Assembly (NCBI GenBank): GCA_001661245.1
Contig: KV454013.1
Span: forward strand, 439,981-503,980
Direction: 5' to 3'
Source: Pachysolen tannophilus NRRL Y-2460
Lineage: Eukaryota
Length of the DNA stretch: 64,000 bases
In this document: in pieces, positions 56,184 to 64,000 of the stretch
Numbering within the stretch: the stretch's first letter is position 1
How the letters are laid out: each line of letters opens with the position of its first letter
Made by a program: the position numbers and the translations under genes
The notes under the pieces: model-generated
The model's database searches: none
Seen by the model: the letters and a program-made list of their open reading frames with translations, nothing else
What the model was told of the DNA's origin: nothing

Positions 56184-59174
56184 ATGGCAGTTAAAAAATT
56201 AATATCGTCTTTTAAGAAAAAGGAAAATCAGTCACTGGACGTGGGTTCAATACATTCGAATAATGAAGATGCTTTATCGACAAATAGTAATGGATCGAAT
56301 AGTTCGTCGACTAAATCATCTTCGAAAAAAAGTAGTTCTAAGCTGCTGAGTTATCTGCAGCAACAACTGCTGGTGCTGCCGCAACTGCAGCGTTTTGGTG
56401 GTTCATCGTTACCTGTTACTGGTTCTGGCGCTAGTACTGGCATTGGTTCTAGTGCTGGTTCTACTGCTAGTGTTGGTTTTGGAGCTGGTTCTGGTACTGG
56501 TTCTTCATCAAATCCGAAAGATTATTATTCAGATGTACAATCTTCGAATTTCAAAAGTTTCCAGTATTCGTTTAACTCCAATAATAACTCTTTATTTAGT
56601 AATAATACAAGAAGTAGGAGAACATTCCGTACTGCTTCTACGGATTTATCATCGAATACTAGTTTTTATAGTGGGAATAAAAAACCACAACTGCAACCAC
56701 GAGCAGCTATTAGCAGTATAGGACAGCCTTTACGAGTTTTAAATGAACAAGACCTGCTTGAAAGTAATGAGAGCACTGATGAACAAGAAAGTGTTGGTGG
56801 AAGTAGTTCTTTAAAGAAAAAATCGTCTTTTATAAGATCAAATGATGAAGATATTTCAGCTTTACCAGCTTCAATTTCTACTTTGAGTATTCAGTCCCAG
56901 CGTATTCCTTCTTCATCCTTATCATCTCCAACATCATCATCATCAGCACAAATGACAACCACTCAAGGAAACATTAATACCGTTGATGAAGCTAGTTTGA
57001 ACACGATTGTGGAAAAAGTTGAGAAACAACTCAAGATTTTATCTGTAGAGTTAAATAATATAATACTTCAGATTAATCAATCAATATTGAATTTTACAAA
57101 ATCTTCAATTATGGTTGGTGACTTGATTCAAAATACAGTCAACAGTTTAAGTTCTCCTAATTTGAAAAATGGTTTAAAAATTATACCTTTTAATCATATA
57201 ACTACAACGAATTCTCCTAGTTTAAGAAAAATTGTCAAAATAATATTATATATAATTGATAATTTATTGAATCAAGATGTTTACAATAATTCAAGAGCGT
57301 TGATATTGAAAAGTTTTAACGAATTATTGATCAAGTTGAAACTTGTAAATCAAAATTTTTCAGGTACTTACAATAATAATAATAATAACATTAACGATAT
57401 AGTTAATTACAATGCATTATTACTGCCAAAATTATTTTCAATTGGATCAACAACTAGACCTTTCCCAAATGAAAATAAAGTACAATCGATCATGAACACT
57501 TTACTTGAAAAGTTTAATGGTAATAGTCCTAATAAGGATAAATCTTTGTTAGATCAAGAGGGTTCATTCATTGCACCTGTAATGAGAGGTTTTTATAATG
57601 AAAACATCAGTGTCATTTCATTTATATTTGGGTTTCCGGAGTTGACAAAGGACCATAAACAAATTGTGAATTTTTTTTATGGATTGATTGAAGATATTCA
57701 TTTCATGTGTCAAAAGAATTATATAAAATTGGCTAATGATGATGGTTCTAAGAAGTCATACTCGCCTATGTACAATTTCAAGGCTCCTTTCCGTATCCCA
57801 TCAAACCCAAATGAACCACCAATTTCGCTTTCAATAGCATGTGAAAATTCTACAAACCTATCTGGAACCCTTGGAGGTTATGTTTTCCCAAAAATTCCAA
57901 AATCCACTATAAATAGTAAGTTGTTGAAATACCAAAATAGTATTTTTGGTATAACATGTGCACATGTGGTATTAGCAGCTAATTCTCGCAGTGACCATTT
58001 GGAAGAAGAAGAATACCCATCGGTTAGTGTTCCTTCACCTGTTTTGATTAATTTGTATAAGAGGGCTTTAAACAATGAAAAAAACAAATATCACCATAAA
58101 TCGGAAGAACACAATGCTTATGCTAGTATTGTCAAACAAATTGATCAAATATTCCCATTAGCAGAATTAAAAGTCATCTTGAATAGCAATAATAATAGCG
58201 TTCAAGAGGAAATTATCAAGAGGAATTTGCCAAGGAATAAATTTGGACAAATTATTTGGGGCGAACGTATCGTTAATAATCAAAGCGGTAAATTATCAGA
58301 TTTGGCTGTGATTAAGATAAACGACAATGAAAATAAAATCAAATGTTTGAATTACCTCGGTGACGATATAAATTTCAACGAGTATGATCCTTCATTAATG
58401 TTTTCGAATTTATATATTAAGAGGACAATTGATTTGAGCACTTTAAACAAGTCTTCAAGAGAAGGAACAAATATAAATGGAGGAGGGTTAGAAGTTTTCA
58501 AATACGGTTCTACTACAAAATATTCGAGGGGTGCTCTTAACGGTATCAAGATGGTTTATTGGTCTGATGGAAAATTACAATCTTCTGAATTTGTTGTAAA
58601 ATCTTCAAACTTTGATAATCTTTTCCCAAGCAGCCGTCATGGTGCTGATAGTGGTGGTGGTGGGGCTGGTTCTCTGGCTGCCCAAACTAATCTTGGATTT
58701 GCCTCTGGTGGTGACTCGGGTGCTTGGATATTATCTAAATTGGAGGATGTGGACAAGTATGAAAATGACAATGTTAATAGCTCACGCAGGCCTCAAAACC
58801 AACAATATCAGCAAACTCAACTGAAAAGTCCTTTGGATACAATTTTTGAAAAAGTTCAGACTGACTTGTCAATTTCACCTGCTTCGTCTTCTTCATCTGA
58901 ATCTAGACAACAAAAGCAGCCCCCTAAAACGGGTTTAGGTGTCATTGGTATGTTACATTCTTATGATGGTGAGTTTAAGCAATTTGGATTATTTACCCCA
59001 ATAACCACCATATTGGATAGATTAGAAGAAGTTACTAGTTTAAGCTGGGGAGTTGTTGGGTGCGATGAGGATTTGGATGATCCACTGAACGAAACGTTGA
59101 TGAGTGATAATGAAGATGTAGATGCTGATCTCAGTGATGATGAAGACCGGGATGCAGTTTTAAGTAGAAATTAA
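56184..59174 (+). CDS. SSY5: SPS-sensor serine endoprotease (peptidase S64)
   Basis: DQEGSFIAPVMRG, FKAPFRIP, SGTLGGY, ITCAHVVL (His), LSDLAVIK (Asp), FASGGDSGAWIL (Ser), GMLHSYDGEFKQFGLFTP. First ATG at 56184. Confidence 0.92.
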   Translation: MAVKKLISSFKKKENQSLDVGSIHSNNEDALSTNSNGSNSSSTKSSSKKSSSKLLSYLQQQLLVLPQLQRFGGSSLPVTGSGASTGIGSSAGSTASVGFGAGSGTGSSSNPKDYYSDVQSSNFKSFQYSFNSNNNSLFSNNTRSRRTFRTASTDLSSNTSFYSGNKKPQLQPRAAISSIGQPLRVLNEQDLLESNESTDEQESVGGSSSLKKKSSFIRSNDEDISALPASISTLSIQSQRIPSSSLSSPTSSSSAQMTTTQGNINTVDEASLNTIVEKVEKQLKILSVELNNIILQINQSILNFTKSSIMVGDLIQNTVNSLSSPNLKNGLKIIPFNHITTTNSPSLRKIVKIILYIIDNLLNQDVYNNSRALILKSFNELLIKLKLVNQNFSGTYNNNNNNINDIVNYNALLLPKLFSIGSTTRPFPNENKVQSIMNTLLEKFNGNSPNKDKSLLDQEGSFIAPVMRGFYNENISVISFIFGFPELTKDHKQIVNFFYGLIEDIHFMCQKNYIKLANDDGSKKSYSPMYNFKAPFRIPSNPNEPPISLSIACENSTNLSGTLGGYVFPKIPKSTINSKLLKYQNSIFGITCAHVVLAANSRSDHLEEEEYPSVSVPSPVLINLYKRALNNEKNKYHHKSEEHNAYASIVKQIDQIFPLAELKVILNSNNNSVQEEIIKRNLPRNKFGQIIWGERIVNNQSGKLSDLAVIKINDNENKIKCLNYLGDDINFNEYDPSLMFSNLYIKRTIDLSTLNKSSREGTNINGGGLEVFKYGSTTKYSRGALNGIKMVYWSDGKLQSSEFVVKSSNFDNLFPSSRHGADSGGGGAGSLAAQTNLGFASGGDSGAWILSKLEDVDKYENDNVNSSRRPQNQQYQQTQLKSPLDTIFEKVQTDLSISPASSSSSESRQQKQPPKTGLGVIGMLHSYDGEFKQFGLFTPITTILDRLEEVTSLSWGVVGCDEDLDDPLNETLMSDNEDVDADLSDDEDRDAVLSRN

Positions 59175-59401
59175 TAAAGGGTTATCTTATCTATAATTTT
59201 TAAAAGAGTTTTGTAATTTTAGAGATTACTACAATCAAAGAAATATGATATATACAATCTATTCGAGCTTTACTAAATAAATATTAATGAGGGAAAAAAA
59301 AAAATAAGAAAAGAGAAAAAAACCAAACAAAAACACATTTGGGCTGGAATTTTAGAAACCGTCTGTTTGTTTTCCCTAATTTCCCACATTGCTTGCATCA
59401 T

Positions 59402-59861
59402 CTATAATGGAACATCTTCTGGATCTGGATTGTGGATCCAGTGCTCACCAACGTATGGGATCTTTTGATATATAGCACGTTTGAAAGCTGGAATGTTATC
59501 GGTAAATGTGAAAATACCAAATACAGTAGCAAGACCCCAGAAGGTTAAAACTGGAGTATACGCAAGAAAACCTGCTGAATTGAAACGGCCAAAATGTGGG
59601 AGAGTCTTGTAAACTGGTGCTTTAATGTACTATATATAAAAAGCAAAAAAAATTAAAACTAAACTTGTTTTCGTTAGGAATGATAATTCTGTATTTATTA
59701 TTTCATCTCTTCAAAGCAGAAACCAAAAAAATACATAATAAACACAAAACGAAAACCAAACAAAAACAAATCAAAATTTTTTTTAAAAAAAAGTTAGAAT
59801 TTCCTCTTCAAAGATAATAGCTATCATAAAAACAAATAATTCATTAACTTACGTGAACCAT
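59402..59861 (-). CDS. QCR10: Cytochrome bc1 complex subunit 10; 2 exons (absent from the ORF track)
   Basis: complement(join(59402..59629,59853..59861)). MVH/YIKAPVYKTLPHFGRFNSAGFLAYTPVLTFWGLATVFGIFTFTDNIPAFKRAIYQKIPYVGEHWIHNPDPEDVPL. Intron GTAAGT..TCCTAAC..TAG. Confidence 0.9.
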
Positions 59862-60146
59862 ATTGTATTTGTCTTGTTCAGTTGATTATAATAGTTAATA
59901 CCACTGTAATCGCTGTTTAACATATATATCTCTTAAAACGAAGAAAAAAAACTACTTAAAAATTGAATAATTTTGGTTGGCTAATAAAAAGTCGTTGCTC
60001 CAAAAACTAATTTCCGTATTAGGAAATAACAGAAATTGGAAGTTAAAATTAAAATTAAAAAAAAAAATTTTTCCATTGATAATCAAAAGTAGTGTCTGCA
60101 AAGCTAAAAATGTAGAGAGTAGTGTAAATAAGTAAAAAACTGTAAT

Positions 60147-60243
60147 GGTGTAGGGGGTATGTAAGTGGTGTACGTGGTGTTGGAGGTGTAGATGGTGCAA
60201 ATGGTGTAAAAATGTAAGAAATCTAAGTGGTGTGAGTGGTGTG
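60147..60243 (-). repeat. Intergenic array of GGTGY motifs (RCACC on the minus strand), five at a 9-bp period
   Basis: GGTG at 60147, 60167, 60176, 60185, 60194, 60203, 60229 and 60238. Confidence 0.75.
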
Positions 60244-60443
60244 GTATGTATGTTTTTTTCTTGGGTTGATAAAAAGGGGTAACGGGCCAGACTCTTTCCT
60301 ATCAACAGCTAATATTAAGAATTACAACTACGAATTACATAAAACGAGTGATACAAATAAACAAGCCTAGATATTAAATAAAGAAGTCACAAATGAAGAA
60401 AAATAAAAGATAAAAATTAGAAAAAAATAATAAAAAAAAAAGA

Positions 60444-63068
<2,625 letters not shown>

Positions 63069-63221
63069 TCACTTCCTACAAACACTTAAACACCTATCAG
63101 CTTATAAGAGAAAATTTCACGGATAGATAGTATCAAAACATATAAATTATATAAATGGTTTTAAAATGTCCTCTATATTTATTCGTTTCTGCATTTTTTT
63201 TTTTTTAATAAAAATAAAATA

Positions 63222-63263
63222 TTTCCTCTTTAGGAAAATTAATTAAATTGAAAAAAGACGCGT
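63222..63263. promoter_or_regulatory. ECB (Mcm1) and MCB elements in the MCM3 promoter
   Basis: TTTCCTCTTTAGGAAA (63222-63237) and ACGCGT (63258-63263), 160-200 bp upstream of the ATG. Confidence 0.65.
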
Positions 63264-63455
63264 AAAATTCCAAAATCTTAAAAATTTTGAAAACTTCAGA
63301 TGAAGTTCAACAACCTTTCAAGTGTTCAACTCATCGGGTTTTGCTTGCTCGATTAGAATAGGATTAGTGTGTTTAATAATAGCATTTCAATTTATATTGA
63401 AGAAAGAAAAAAAAATAAAGAAAGCAAAAGTATGAATGTATAAAAATTCCTAAAA

Positions 63456-64000
63456 CTAGTGGATGACAGCAACAAGATCACCTGCTTCAACCATATCTCC
63501 ATTGACGTGAACGATTTTAATAACCTTTCCTGATTTTGGTGCGTTCACAACCATTTCTGTCTTCATAGCCTCAACAACCACTAAACCTTGACCTTCTTGA
63601 ACAACATCGCCAACTTGAACCAATGATTTCCAAAATCTACCCGAATACTCGGAATAAACCAATTCTGCGCCTTCTGGAAATTGATCTTCCTCAATAACTT
63701 TAGCACCCCCAGATTGAGCCAATTCTTCATTTGCAACTTGAATCAACCTGCTAAATTCTTCTTTCTTTTCTCCACTTTGACTATCAACGAATGTCTTGAT
63801 TGAATCTATATTATCTTGGATCCAGTCCAAATATTTGGCGTGATCAAAGACAGATTCAACAATGTCAACTTTGAAATGGCCATGGTTAGCTTCTTCGCTG
63901 AATTTGTCCAATTCTTCTTCAGAGACTGGGTAGAATTCAACTTGATCAAACGGAGTTAATAACCATGGTTGATTATTAGAAAACTCTTTGGAATGCTCAC
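63456..64000 (-). CDS. DUR1,2: Urea amidolyase / urea carboxylase, C-terminal part (runs off the window)
   Basis: PWLLTPFDQVEFYPVSE, VYSEYSGRFWK and biotinylation motif VEAMKTE; the frame is open to the window edge. Confidence 0.85.
   Translation of the reverse strand, partial: EHSKEFSNNQPWLLTPFDQVEFYPVSEEELDKFSEEANHGHFKVDIVESVFDHAKYLDWIQDNIDSIKTFVDSQSGEKKEEFSRLIQVANEELAQSGGAKVIEEDQFPEGAELVYSEYSGRFWKSLVQVGDVVQEGQGLVVVEAMKTEMVVNAPKSGKVIKIVHVNGDMVEAGDLVAVIH

Overview
AT-rich, gene-dense chromosomal segment of a budding yeast (Saccharomycotina) with about 30 protein-coding genes: FKS3, UBP8, PLP2, a DUF2433-like gene, ERS1, GAL83/SIP2, KIP3, a small mitochondrial membrane protein gene, IDP1, CST9/ZIP3, COX8, COX9, VPS33, IKI3/ELP1, RAD59, FOX2, a GNAT, ARA2, SUB1, MNR2, HOF1, RPS20, URC4, BDF1, CCT6, a BSC6-like MFS transporter, SSY5, QCR10, MCM3 and the 3' end of DUR1,2. 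Nine genes carry spliceosomal introns (11 in total) that the ORF track misses, and there is one N gap. Main observations: (1) the 5' part of the ERS1/cystinosin gene (first TM helix, a complete intron and the SFYPP motif) lies in a cleanly inverted ~162-bp segment, so the gene is broken as assembled but is restored exactly by flipping it; (2) CTG codons fall at conserved alanine positions, so this organism probably reads CUG as Ala (Pachysolen/Nakazawaea-type code) and the supplied translations are wrong at CTG; (3) two intergenic arrays of a phased ACACC motif; (4) a candidate structured ncRNA between BDF1 and CCT6; (5) adjacent Tbf1-like and Rap1-like sites in the RPS20 promoter. No transposon, tRNA, rRNA or CRISPR array was recognised. 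All gene calls come from recalled motifs, not database searches.
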